From Gammaproteobacteria bacterium (GTDB lineage Bacteria > Pseudomonadota > Gammaproteobacteria > UBA4575): DNA of 64,000 bases. Shown here in pieces: positions 1 through 9,583 of this stretch (positions are counted from its first letter, which is position 1; every line of letters starts with the position of its first letter). A model generated the notes under the pieces. The model was not told the DNA's origin. It saw only the letters and a list, made by a program, of their open reading frames with translations, and ran no database searches. Both the position numbers and the translations under genes were made by a program. The stretch lies in the NCBI GenBank assembly GCA_965221955.1, contig CBDCTA010000004.1:85452-149451 (forward strand), written 5' to 3'.

Positions 1-1
1 T

Positions 2-448
2 ACCTTCCGCTATTTTGAAAAAGATATTAATCAATTAATCAATCGTGCTATTCGTAATCAATATGCAGATCTGCAGCCGGCTTTTGTAGGCGATGAAGAC
101 AAAGCATTAAGCTTTACCCATGCAGGCTGGCGTAACCCTGCCAATTTAGTACGTAGCAAATTGCAACGTGTTACTTATGAACTGTCAGAAAATACATTAA
201 AGCGTTATACCTGGGGTCAACTTGACGGCGCTATCGCAGAAGACTATTTCACTACAAACTTAATCAATGGTGTCGAATCCATTAAGCTGCGATATTTAGA
301 CGCAAATAACCAGTGGCATGCTACATGGCCACCTTTAAATAGTAATAGTTTTCAGCAAGTCGGCATTCCTCGTGCAATGGAGCTCACTATAAAGGTTGAA
401 CAAATGGAAGAAGTTAGGCGACTATTCTCTGCACCAGCTGCTTCATAG
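2..448 (+). CDS. gspJ: type II secretion minor pseudopilin GspJ (5'-truncated by window)
   Basis: Frame is open from nt 2 (TFRYFEKDINQLINRAIRN...FTHAGWRNP...LQRVTY...WPP); lies directly upstream of gspKLMN. Confidence 0.88.
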   Translation, partial: TFRYFEKDINQLINRAIRNQYADLQPAFVGDEDKALSFTHAGWRNPANLVRSKLQRVTYELSENTLKRYTWGQLDGAIAEDYFTTNLINGVESIKLRYLDANNQWHATWPPLNSNSFQQVGIPRAMELTIKVEQMEEVRRLFSAPAAS

Positions 449-459
449 AGAACATCGTG

Positions 460-1413
460 ATGAAGAGTAAAATAAATAAACAATCTGGAGTAGCTTTAAT
501 TACGGCTGTACTCATCATTGCATTAGCTGTAACAGCGGCTGTTACGATTGCAACGAACTATCAATTAAATTTTCATCGAACAGAAAATACATTCAATAGT
601 GGGCAAGCATGGGCCTATGCTAAAGGCGCGGAAGAATGGGCCATGGCAATCCTTGCGAGAGATCAAAAAGATAATACGCACGATGCTTATGACGTAGATA
701 ATGCTTGGTGGAATAACGGTGAGCCTTTAGTATTTCCACTGCCTAATGGTTTTATTGAAGGCCAATTAGAAGATGCTCAAGGAAAGCTAAATGTTAATTT
801 ACTAATGGATGGGAGATAAACCCGATCCACTTGTACGTAAGACATTTGAGATTCTATTTACAAATTTAAATATTAATCCAGGCTTAGTGTGTGCCATCAT
901 TGACTGGATTGATGCAGATGTAAACCCAGCCTGCCCTGATGGCGCTGAAGTTGATATCTATACAGGTTTAGAAGTGCCCTACTTGCCCTCTGACCAACCT
1001 ATGCAAGATATTTCTGAACTACGATTAGTGCATGGCATCACAGATGATATTTATACGAGTTTACTCCCTCATTTAACTGCATTGCCTGACAATAATGCTG
1101 TGTTAAACCTCAATACAGCCTCTGCACAAGTTCTAGAAAGTCTAGGGAAAAATATTTCGCCAGGCACTGGAGAAGAATTAGTAGAATATAGATCAGATAA
1201 GCCATTTAAAAATATAAATGATATTGAGAGCCATCCCTCAATGAGCGCACAAATGGTGCAAAAATTGAATTTCCTAAGTATGGTTTTGCTACAAATCATT
1301 TTTTACTCAATACAAAATGCGTAATCGGTAAAAGCCAAGTAAGAATGGTAAGTACCATCTATCGTGGCGGTGGTAATAATTTGCAAGTGATTAAGCGTAG
1401 TCAAAAAATTTAA
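460..1413 (+). CDS. gspK: type II secretion minor pseudopilin GspK, split by two apparent frameshifts (~810, ~1245)
   Basis: Prepilin-type N-terminus QSGVALITAVLII, DAQGKLNVN, IIDWIDAD, LNLNTAS; C-terminus (...HFLLNTKCVIG...VIKRSQKI*) lies in another frame ending at 1413. Confidence 0.85.
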
Positions 1414-1439
1414 AGAGAGTCGAAAAAGAGAGAAGATAA

Positions 1440-2693
1440 ATGGAAGAAACTGTAATCATATATATTCAAAGTGATTTACTTGAAAATCTTGATATTGAGG
1501 ACTCTCATTTTGTTAAGTGGATTAAGCTTGATGAAGAAGGTGTTCCAATCACTAGAGGTGCGGAAGCACGATTAGAACAAGTCTCTTCTGTTACACAGAA
1601 TGCAAATGTAATTGTGTTGTTACCTCTTGAGCAGATGCTACTCACTAGCGTTAACACACGTGCACGTAAACAAAAGCATTTACAAAAAGCAGTGCCTTTT
1701 GCGCTTGAAGATGAATTAGCGGATGACGTAGAAAATTTACATTTTGCATTAGGACAACGCTATGGGGAAAATGACTTTCCTGTAGCTGTCATTGATAAAC
1801 ACACCTTAGATGTCATTATTGACGAACTTTCTGAAGCGGGTATCTATCCAGATATCATTACCGCAGATGTGTTTGGCTTACCTTTCAGAGAAGGTACTTG
1901 GACGCTATTAATTGAAAATGAACGCGCATTAGTGCGCACCCATCAGTATCAAGGTTTCACCATTGATCTGCATAATTTGCAGCAAATGTTGACTTCTTCT
2001 TTGCGACAGGCAGAAGTGACCCCCGCAGAACTAAATGTTTATTGCTGTGATGACCAACAAATAGGGATCAAGAAACTTAACTTACCCATTAGCACGAATG
2101 AATTAGATGATTGTCCTCCTAGTTTATTTGCCGATGGTTTAAATGAGAACGAATGCATTAACTTATTGCAAACAAGTTATAAGAAAAAAGATAAAAAACA
2201 TCGTCAATTTAGTGCCTGGAAAGTAGCAGCAATGTTATTTGGTGCTTGGTTAGCATTATCATTTGTATCTGTGTTTCTTGATCATGCTCGACTTAACAAA
2301 CAAGAAAAAAACCTGAATAAACAAATTGTGCAAATCACCAAACAGATATTTCCAGACATGCAAAATGTTACAGCTGATAGCGCACGCACAAAGATGGAAG
2401 CACGGCTTAAAAATTTCATGGATACGGCTAGTTCTCAGTCCAAGGCTGGGTTCATGGAACTCCTTGCAATGAGTGGAGAATCCATGAAACAAGCAGGAAA
2501 AGTTGATATCGATACGCTCAGTTATCGTGAAGGTAAATTAAATATGAGTGTTAAATCCTCTGATATACAAGTGCTTGATACCGTTAAACAAACTCTTAAG
2601 GGCAAGAACTACGCTACAGATATTCAGTCTGCTAATACGCAAGGTAACACTATTGAAGCCAAGTTGGTGGTTGCTAAAGGAGAATTGAAATGA
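1440..2693 (+). CDS. gspL: type II secretion protein GspL
   Basis: AVPFALEDELADDVENLHFA motif, INLLQ, single TM helix; operon position. Confidence 0.9.
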   Translation: MEETVIIYIQSDLLENLDIEDSHFVKWIKLDEEGVPITRGAEARLEQVSSVTQNANVIVLLPLEQMLLTSVNTRARKQKHLQKAVPFALEDELADDVENLHFALGQRYGENDFPVAVIDKHTLDVIIDELSEAGIYPDIITADVFGLPFREGTWTLLIENERALVRTHQYQGFTIDLHNLQQMLTSSLRQAEVTPAELNVYCCDDQQIGIKKLNLPISTNELDDCPPSLFADGLNENECINLLQTSYKKKDKKHRQFSAWKVAAMLFGAWLALSFVSVFLDHARLNKQEKNLNKQIVQITKQIFPDMQNVTADSARTKMEARLKNFMDTASSQSKAGFMELLAMSGESMKQAGKVDIDTLSYREGKLNMSVKSSDIQVLDTVKQTLKGKNYATDIQSANTQGNTIEAKLVVAKGELK

Positions 2694-3175
2694 AAGATTG
2701 GTGGGAAACTCTTCAATTACGTGAGCGCTATATGGTGTTCGCAGCAGCAGTTTTAGTAAGCCTTGCGATACTCTACTTTGCAATATGGTCACCTATCACA
2801 TCAAGCCGTGACAATAAACAAACTAGAGTCGAAGCTAAACGTGAAACCGTTACTTGGATGATGCAGAAGAAACAAGAAGTTGAGCACCTTAAACGCATTA
2901 ACCCAAATATGTTCAACAGAACAAATGATAATCGTTCTTTGTTAGCAGTGGTGGATACGGGTGCGAAGCAAATGGGCATACGTCCTGCAATTACGAGAAT
3001 TGAACCTAAAGGCGAAGATAGTGTACAACTTTGGTTAGAAAACATTGCATTTGATTATCTAATTGTATTATTAGGTGAACTAGAGCGTAGAAATAATATT
3101 GAGGTTGCTAATGCAGCTTTTAATCGTTCAGAGCAGATCGGAAAAGTAAGTGGAAAAGTTACGCTAATTAGATAA
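2690..3175 (+). CDS. gspM: type II secretion protein GspM
   Basis: WW..L..RER followed by a TM helix; overlaps gspL stop. Confidence 0.88.
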   Translation: MKDWWETLQLRERYMVFAAAVLVSLAILYFAIWSPITSSRDNKQTRVEAKRETVTWMMQKKQEVEHLKRINPNMFNRTNDNRSLLAVVDTGAKQMGIRPAITRIEPKGEDSVQLWLENIAFDYLIVLLGELERRNNIEVANAAFNRSEQIGKVSGKVTLIR

Positions 3176-3212
3176 ATTTGTCTGATTGAGTGCACTTATA
3201 CAGTAATTTCAA

Positions 3213-3953
3213 ATGAAAATTTTCTTTAAGTTTTTTCTAGGTTTAATAATCTTTATAGGCGCTGTGGCCTATTTTGCACCTGCTTCAATTATTGAGAAAT
3301 ATTTGCCTAGCAATATTTCAACAGCTGGAATGGGTGGAACCTTATGGAACGGGAATGTGCAAAATATTGTTATTGATAGAATCGGCTTGCAAAATGCTAA
3401 GTGGTCAGCCAACCCTCTTAGTTTACTAACAGGCAAAGTGAGTGCTGATGTATCGATTAATTCAAACAATCTTAAAGGTGATTTCGAGACTACAGTTGCA
3501 AGCTCTGAAGTTGTCAGTGAAAACATAAATTTAAATGGAGAATTAACTTTATTAAGCCCCTACTTCGAAAAACTGGGTCTAACAATAAGTGGTCAATTTG
3601 ATGCTAAATTCGATAATTTGCACATTAAAAACGGCATTCCACATGATGCTAATGGCACGTTAAATACTTACAACACCAGCATACTTGGTTTTATTCCTTT
3701 GAATTTAGGTGAAGTGAATAGTGTATTTGCCCCTCAAGATAATGGTATTCAAGTATCTTTAGTAAATCAGAATGGTGAGTTAGATGTAAACGGAGTCATT
3801 AATATTGCTAACAATGGTGTCTATAACGCTGACTTAACCCTATCTAGAAATTCTCGCACCCCCGATAATGTCTTAAAAACGGTTGAGATGATTGGCAATA
3901 AAATAAGCGAAGATACGATTAAAGTACTTCATCAAGGACAATTGAGAATCTAG
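3213..3953 (+). CDS. gspN: type II secretion protein GspN
   Basis: N-terminal TM, APA, GTLWNG, W...PLSLLTG motifs; follows gspM. Confidence 0.85.
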   Translation: MKIFFKFFLGLIIFIGAVAYFAPASIIEKYLPSNISTAGMGGTLWNGNVQNIVIDRIGLQNAKWSANPLSLLTGKVSADVSINSNNLKGDFETTVASSEVVSENINLNGELTLLSPYFEKLGLTISGQFDAKFDNLHIKNGIPHDANGTLNTYNTSILGFIPLNLGEVNSVFAPQDNGIQVSLVNQNGELDVNGVINIANNGVYNADLTLSRNSRTPDNVLKTVEMIGNKISEDTIKVLHQGQLRI

Positions 3954-3956
3954 CTG

Positions 3957-4181
3957 TTAATTTTCATTTTCAGTCTTGTAATTAAACAAGACCTTAAATA
4001 TTGAATTTTTAACACTCCACTCTTTAACAACTATATTTGAAATGCGTCGTTCAGGAATTGTGCGGCGATCGTTACGTATACATGTGCCTTGTGTAGTGAT
4101 AATAGGAAATTGACTAGCGGACCCAGTGCTACGCCTATCTTGCTTGTTTCGTCGGTCATTAATGATTGGGTTTGCTGGCAT
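3957..4181 (-). CDS. small hypothetical protein with two DRRxxxD/ERR motifs
   Basis: 74-aa ORF with NDRRNKQDRR and NDRRTIPERR; fills the gap between gspN and the tRNA. Confidence 0.55.
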   Translation of the reverse strand: MPANPIINDRRNKQDRRSTGSASQFPIITTQGTCIRNDRRTIPERRISNIVVKEWSVKNSIFKVLFNYKTENEN

Positions 4182-4215
4182 CGCTTTATTATAAACAAAT
4201 AATGGTCGATAAGTT

Positions 4216-4291
<76 letters not shown>

Positions 4292-4315
4292 AAATTATCT
4301 ATTTATAATGGCAAT

Positions 4316-5722
4316 CTAACCTGTCGTCGCAATATATTCAATTGCTTGATCAATACGCTTTAATGTCTTTTTCTGGCCCAATAATTCCAGCGTTAAATCT
4401 ATGGATGGAGAATCTGCACCGCCTGTTACCGCTAACCTTAATGGAGGTGCAACCTGACCCATTTTCAAATTAAGCTTATCAGCGGTTAACTTAATTTCTG
4501 CATGGATATTTTCTGCAACCCAATCCTGAATAGCGCCTAGTTTAGCTTTTAATATTTTCAAGGTTTCAGCACTTTCATGAGTGAAATTTTTCTTAGTAGA
4601 TTTTGTGTCATATTCTTCAATATCCCGATACAAAAATTCACTTGCTTTACAAAGTTCTTCTAAGGTTTTGTTACGGTCTTTTAATGCATCAAATAATTGC
4701 GCAGTATCGGGTTGCCCGTCTACTTTTATATCTAGCTCATGAAAGTATTCAGTTAAAGTGCGATTAATATCTTTTCCAGATATATTTTTCATATGCTGTT
4801 GATTTACCCACAACAATTTATCCATATCGAAGGTTGCAGCAGATTGTTGAATGTTTTGTAAGCTAAAGTTTTCGATCATTTGATTTAAGCTGAAAATTTC
4901 TTGGTCACCATATGACCATCCTAATCGTACTAGGTAGTTTAATAAGCCTTGTGGTAAAAAGCCTTGTTCGCGATATTGATTAACCGAAACTGCGCCATGT
5001 CTTTTAGATAAACGTTTTCCATCAGTACCGTGAATAAGTGGTATATGTGCATAGGTAGGCGCCTGCTGTCCAAGTGCTGAAAAAATATTATGCTGTCTGA
5101 AGGTATTATTTAGATGATCATCGCCACGTATAATATGGCTAATTTCTAATTCAATATCATCTACTACTACCGTTAAGTGATAAGTTGCTGAGCCATCTGA
5201 ACGCGCAAGAATTAAATCATCTAATTCAGAATTTTGTACAGTAACTTTTCCACGAACTTGATCGTTTATGGTTATTTTACCTTGTTGTGGGTTTTTAAGA
5301 CGCACAACTGGCGAACCAGATGTGTTTGGCGGTTGAGTAAGATCACGACAGGTACCATCATAACGTGGCTTTTGTTTATTTTTGATCTGCTCTTCTCGCA
5401 TCGCATCTAACCGCTCTTTTGTACAATAACAGTGATATGCTTTTCCCTCATCGAGTAATTTTTGAATGGCAAGTTGGTAGTTTTCAGTGCGTTTTGACTG
5501 GAATATAGGTTGGACATCCGAATTTATTCCTAGCCAAGACAAGCTATCTAAAATATCTTGAGTGTATTCAACTTTAGAGCGTTCTTTATCCGTATCTTCT
5601 ACTCGTAATACATATTCACCTTCATGCTTTCTTGCATACAGCCAGTTGAACAAAGCAGTACGTGCACCACCTATGTGTAAATATCCGGTAGGACTAGGGG
5701 CAAAACGCGTGCGTACTTTCAT
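4316..5722 (-). CDS. gltX: glutamate--tRNA ligase
   Basis: RFAPSPTGYLHIGG, IRGDDH, KRLSKR; start taken at MKVRTRF (5722). Confidence 0.96.
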   Translation of the reverse strand: MKVRTRFAPSPTGYLHIGGARTALFNWLYARKHEGEYVLRVEDTDKERSKVEYTQDILDSLSWLGINSDVQPIFQSKRTENYQLAIQKLLDEGKAYHCYCTKERLDAMREEQIKNKQKPRYDGTCRDLTQPPNTSGSPVVRLKNPQQGKITINDQVRGKVTVQNSELDDLILARSDGSATYHLTVVVDDIELEISHIIRGDDHLNNTFRQHNIFSALGQQAPTYAHIPLIHGTDGKRLSKRHGAVSVNQYREQGFLPQGLLNYLVRLGWSYGDQEIFSLNQMIENFSLQNIQQSAATFDMDKLLWVNQQHMKNISGKDINRTLTEYFHELDIKVDGQPDTAQLFDALKDRNKTLEELCKASEFLYRDIEEYDTKSTKKNFTHESAETLKILKAKLGAIQDWVAENIHAEIKLTADKLNLKMGQVAPPLRLAVTGGADSPSIDLTLELLGQKKTLKRIDQAIEYIATTG

Positions 5723-5813
5723 GAAGGCAAAACAATGCAATTACAATTAAATTCAATCATTGTACCTATTTCATATGAAATAGGCTCTATATTGAATTGG
5801 AGATTGTATTTAT

Positions 5814-6707
5814 TTAATGAGAGGCAAAGTGAATTAAGTCGTCAGAGCTATGATCAACTATCGTTTTACCCAAGCTAATTTTACCTTCACCCCATAAAGG
5901 AAATTCTTCGCGACGAAGATAAATACTACGACCATCTTCGGTTTGTACATACGTACCATTAGTGCTCTGATCTCTTATTAGAAACTTGCCTCGGCGGTAT
6001 TCGATAACTGCATGTTGTCTCGATACTAAAGTACCTTCAACAACGATACCACTGTTTAAATCACGACCAATGGTTAATGCAGGCATGTTGGCAAGTAACG
6101 CTATTTCAGTATCTTCAAAAGACAACTGCAGTTTGGATGACTTCATATTTTCTAATGTAGTCGTACCAGATAAAATTTGCGTAGAAGCTTCCCCTTCCCA
6201 CATTACTTCGTAAATTATAGTTTGTTCTTGACGGCCTTTAATACGTGAAGTGTCGTATCGACGTGTGAAATGGGCAATTTCTGGCGGTATGTGTTCTACC
6301 ATGGCATCAGTGGCAATAATTTGCCCACCTTTTGCTATATCACGCATCGCGGCAGATACATTTACTGAATCACCATACATATCCGTAGCTTCAACAATTG
6401 CTGAACCATAATGCATGCCAATGCGTAGCGCTAAACGCACACCATTTGGATCTACCGTATCTTTAGCGGTTTCTTGAAGTTTAAAAGCTGCTTGGAATGC
6501 TAACTCAGGATCAGTTAAGTAGCAAAGGATCTCATCACCGATAAATTTTACTACTGTACCTTTATGTCGTTTAATAATTTCTGACATTCGTATAAGGCAA
6601 CGTGCAATACTATCTTGAGCCAGTGTGTCGCCATATTCTTGATATAAACGAGTACTTCCCGCGATATCAACGAACATTATGGTAACGTCTTTACTGTCTT
6701 TAGCCAT
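5814..6707 (-). CDS. class III adenylate/guanylate cyclase domain + C-terminal FHA domain
   Basis: FVDIAGST, KFIGDE, RIGMHYG, DMYGDSVN; FHA motifs IGR, SRQH, STNGT. Confidence 0.9.
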   Translation of the reverse strand: MAKDSKDVTIMFVDIAGSTRLYQEYGDTLAQDSIARCLIRMSEIIKRHKGTVVKFIGDEILCYLTDPELAFQAAFKLQETAKDTVDPNGVRLALRIGMHYGSAIVEATDMYGDSVNVSAAMRDIAKGGQIIATDAMVEHIPPEIAHFTRRYDTSRIKGRQEQTIIYEVMWEGEASTQILSGTTTLENMKSSKLQLSFEDTEIALLANMPALTIGRDLNSGIVVEGTLVSRQHAVIEYRRGKFLIRDQSTNGTYVQTEDGRSIYLRREEFPLWGEGKISLGKTIVDHSSDDLIHFASH

Positions 6708-6752
6708 GTGTGTGTTCTACTTAAAAACCTTTCTGTATTAAGATTTTCTTCT

Positions 6753-7409
6753 TCAGAATTTCTCTTCTAGGCTCATCAATTGGCCTTCATTATTAATATT
6801 AAGACGCCCAAGATAAGACATGCCAAGTAATGGTGTATTAGGGCTGTTACCTTCGATAATTACTGCATCGACATTTCTTAGCATAATCTCCCCAACTTTG
6901 ACTTGATCCAAATCTACTGAGTAAGCTAATTCCCTGCCTGAGGCCGTAGCCACTACAGTTTCTTCACCTTTAAGTTTATATTGTATCCCAAGTCGTTTCG
7001 CTAAGGCAGAATTTAATGCGATAACACTTGCACCAGTATCTATAAGAAAATCAACAGTATATCCATTGATTGAACCCACCGTTTTAAACATACCATTGCT
7101 ATCACGATAGATATTAACTTTTTTCCTCTCTGCTTTTGTGTAGCTCGCTTGTACTCGATTACCTAAATTATATTTAGATTGTTTACCATTTATTTCTAAA
7201 ATTGCGTACTTACTACTTGCTTTAATTAACTTAACTCCCAGAGTAGCCGGCTCACCTACTTTCAATAAATGTTGTTCATCATCTATATTCACCATGGCTT
7301 TATTTTTGAATAATGCCATTACTTCAATATGTGAAATTTCTTTATTTGCAGCGGTGCTTGCTATTGAACAAATTAACAAACTCGTGAGGATGCATAACCG
7401 CATGAACAT
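6753..7409 (-). CDS. exported retropepsin-like (clan AA, TIGR02281-type) aspartic protease
   Basis: Signal peptide, FLIDTGAS catalytic motif, TASG, LLGMSYL. Confidence 0.9.
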   Translation of the reverse strand: MFMRLCILTSLLICSIASTAANKEISHIEVMALFKNKAMVNIDDEQHLLKVGEPATLGVKLIKASSKYAILEINGKQSKYNLGNRVQASYTKAERKKVNIYRDSNGMFKTVGSINGYTVDFLIDTGASVIALNSALAKRLGIQYKLKGEETVVATASGRELAYSVDLDQVKVGEIMLRNVDAVIIEGNSPNTPLLGMSYLGRLNINNEGQLMSLEEKF

Positions 7410-7418
7410 GATATAGGC

Positions 7419-8504
7419 TTAGTTTACAGCTTCAGATTTTTTGAGATATTTCATGAACTGACTTTTATCATTAGCGGCTTCAAAAGCTGCTTCTGGCGTT
7501 ATTTTCTCTTCCTCAAGTAGCTTCTTGATTGCGGTATCCATGCTTTGCATACCAAAACTGCGACCACCTTGAATAGAGTTATCGATTTGATCTGTTTTTC
7601 CTTCGCGAATGATATTTGCCATTGCAGGTGTATTCACCATGATTTCAACAGCTGCTGCTCGGCCATTGCCATCTTTTGTTTTAATAAGCTGTTGTGAAAT
7701 AACAGCACGTAATGAAGTCGATAACATAGTTCGTATGTGGTCTTGTTTATTAGTTGGGAAAGCATTAATGATTCGATCTACGGTAGATGCAGCACTGTTC
7801 GTATGTAAAGTACCTAATACCATAATCCCTGTTTCTGCTGCGGTAACTGCCAAGCTCATGGTTTCAAGATCACGCATCTCACCCACCAGAATAACGTCTG
7901 GGTCTTCACGTAAAGCTGAATGCAATGCACTTGCAAACGATTTTGCGTGTTGTCCAACTTCACGTTGACTCATTAAACAATTTTTTTGTTCATGCACAAA
8001 TTCAACCGGATCTTCAATGGTTAAAACATGTCCCTTCAAAGAGTTATTAATTTCATTAACCATTGCAGCTAACGTGGTGGACTTACCAGAACCTGTTTTA
8101 CCTGTAACAAGTATCATTCCGGCTTTTTGCCGACTGATACTTGCTAAAATTTCAGGCATTTTTAAATCTTCTAAAGAAGCGGTTTCAGCAGGGATAGAGC
8201 GAAAAATTGCACCTACTCCATTTAGATGCCTAAAAGCATTAACCCTAAAGCGTCCAGTACCTTCTATGCTATAAGCAAAATCAGCGTTATCCTCATTCTC
8301 AAATATCGTTTTAGAACGTGGCGGCATGATTTTTAACATAGGTTCAAGTAATTCTTTCGCACTAAGCGCATCTTCAGAAATTGCCTCTAAATCACCATAT
8401 ACCCGCATTCTTGGTGGATCATTGGAGACTAAATGTAAATCAGACCCTCCACGTGCAACTAACATTTCTAAAAGTGTATCAATATCAACCATGAATATAC
8501 TCAA
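7419..8504 (-). CDS. pilT: PilT-family ATPase (copy 2)
   Basis: SDLHL, RFRVN, GKTGSGKSTT, TIEDPVE, LREDPDVILVGEMRD, TLHT, ANIIREGK. Confidence 0.88.
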   Translation of the reverse strand: MSIFMVDIDTLLEMLVARGGSDLHLVSNDPPRMRVYGDLEAISEDALSAKELLEPMLKIMPPRSKTIFENEDNADFAYSIEGTGRFRVNAFRHLNGVGAIFRSIPAETASLEDLKMPEILASISRQKAGMILVTGKTGSGKSTTLAAMVNEINNSLKGHVLTIEDPVEFVHEQKNCLMSQREVGQHAKSFASALHSALREDPDVILVGEMRDLETMSLAVTAAETGIMVLGTLHTNSAASTVDRIINAFPTNKQDHIRTMLSTSLRAVISQQLIKTKDGNGRAAAVEIMVNTPAMANIIREGKTDQIDNSIQGGRSFGMQSMDTAIKKLLEEEKITPEAAFEAANDKSQFMKYLKKSEAVN

Positions 8505-9583
8505 CCTGCTTTGGGTAATAAGTCAGGATCAGAAACAAACTGTTGAAAGAGTTTCTTGTCGTTAGCATGCAAATAGGCGTCATCTGGATCCACTTCTTTA
8601 TTTTGTACTGCAGTAAGCAATGCTTGATCCTTTAACTGCATACCGATTGAACTTCCTGTTTGTATTTGATTCGGGATTTGGAAGGTTTTGTCAGACATGA
8701 CCAAATTAGAAATTGCATTATTCATAATCATAATTTCTACAATTGCACGTCGACCTCTACCATCTACCGTTTTAACCAGCTCTTGGGTCACTACAGCATG
8801 TAAGTTTTGTGATAAAAATATTTTTCCTTGTCCTTGCTGTTCTGCAGGTAATGCATCAATGATACGGTCAATAGATTTAGTTGCTGAAGTAGTATGTAAA
8901 GTACCGAACACTAAATGACCCGTTTCAGCTGCAAGCATTGCCATACTAATAGTTTCAGAATCTCGCATCTCACCCACTAGAATAATATCTGGGTCTTGGC
9001 GTAATGATGCACGCAAGCCATCACCAAAACTATTCAAGTGTGTTCCTACTTCACGTTGAATAACTTGTGAATTCATGCTTGGATGAATAAATTCAATTGG
9101 GTCTTCAAGAGTAATAATATTTTCTTTGCGTGTATTATTGATATGGTGAATAAGCGAAGCTAAAGTCGTAGACTTACCTGTGCCGGTTGAGCCCGTTACT
9201 AACACCATACCTTGTTTAAACTCTGCAAAGGTTTTAATTACAGGAGGTAGTTTTAATGACTCAAATGCAGGAATCTCTGTTGGTATATGTCGAAACGTAG
9301 CACCTATTCCAGATGTTTTTCTAAACAGATTGACACGAAAACGTCCTACACCTTCAGACATGTAGGAAAAATCTAAATCGTCTCCTTTACGAAATTTTTC
9401 CTTTTGTGATTTTGATAGTATTTCACTCATATATCCTTCTAGTTCGCTATCACCAAGGTCACGGAATTTAATCGGCATAAGGTCTCCGTGCATACGAAAC
9501 ATAGGAGGCACCCCTACAGCTAGATGAATATCTGAGCAGCTTTGCTCGCGCCCCAATTTCAAGAATGCATCAATTCTAGCCAT
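8501..9583 (-). CDS. pilT: PilT-family ATPase (copy 1)
   Basis: SDIHL, GSTGTGKSTT, TLEDPIE, LRQDPDIILVGEMRD, TLHT. Confidence 0.86.
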   Translation of the reverse strand: MARIDAFLKLGREQSCSDIHLAVGVPPMFRMHGDLMPIKFRDLGDSELEGYMSEILSKSQKEKFRKGDDLDFSYMSEGVGRFRVNLFRKTSGIGATFRHIPTEIPAFESLKLPPVIKTFAEFKQGMVLVTGSTGTGKSTTLASLIHHINNTRKENIITLEDPIEFIHPSMNSQVIQREVGTHLNSFGDGLRASLRQDPDIILVGEMRDSETISMAMLAAETGHLVFGTLHTTSATKSIDRIIDALPAEQQGQGKIFLSQNLHAVVTQELVKTVDGRGRRAIVEIMIMNNAISNLVMSDKTFQIPNQIQTGSSIGMQLKDQALLTAVQNKEVDPDDAYLHANDKKLFQQFVSDPDLLPKAG

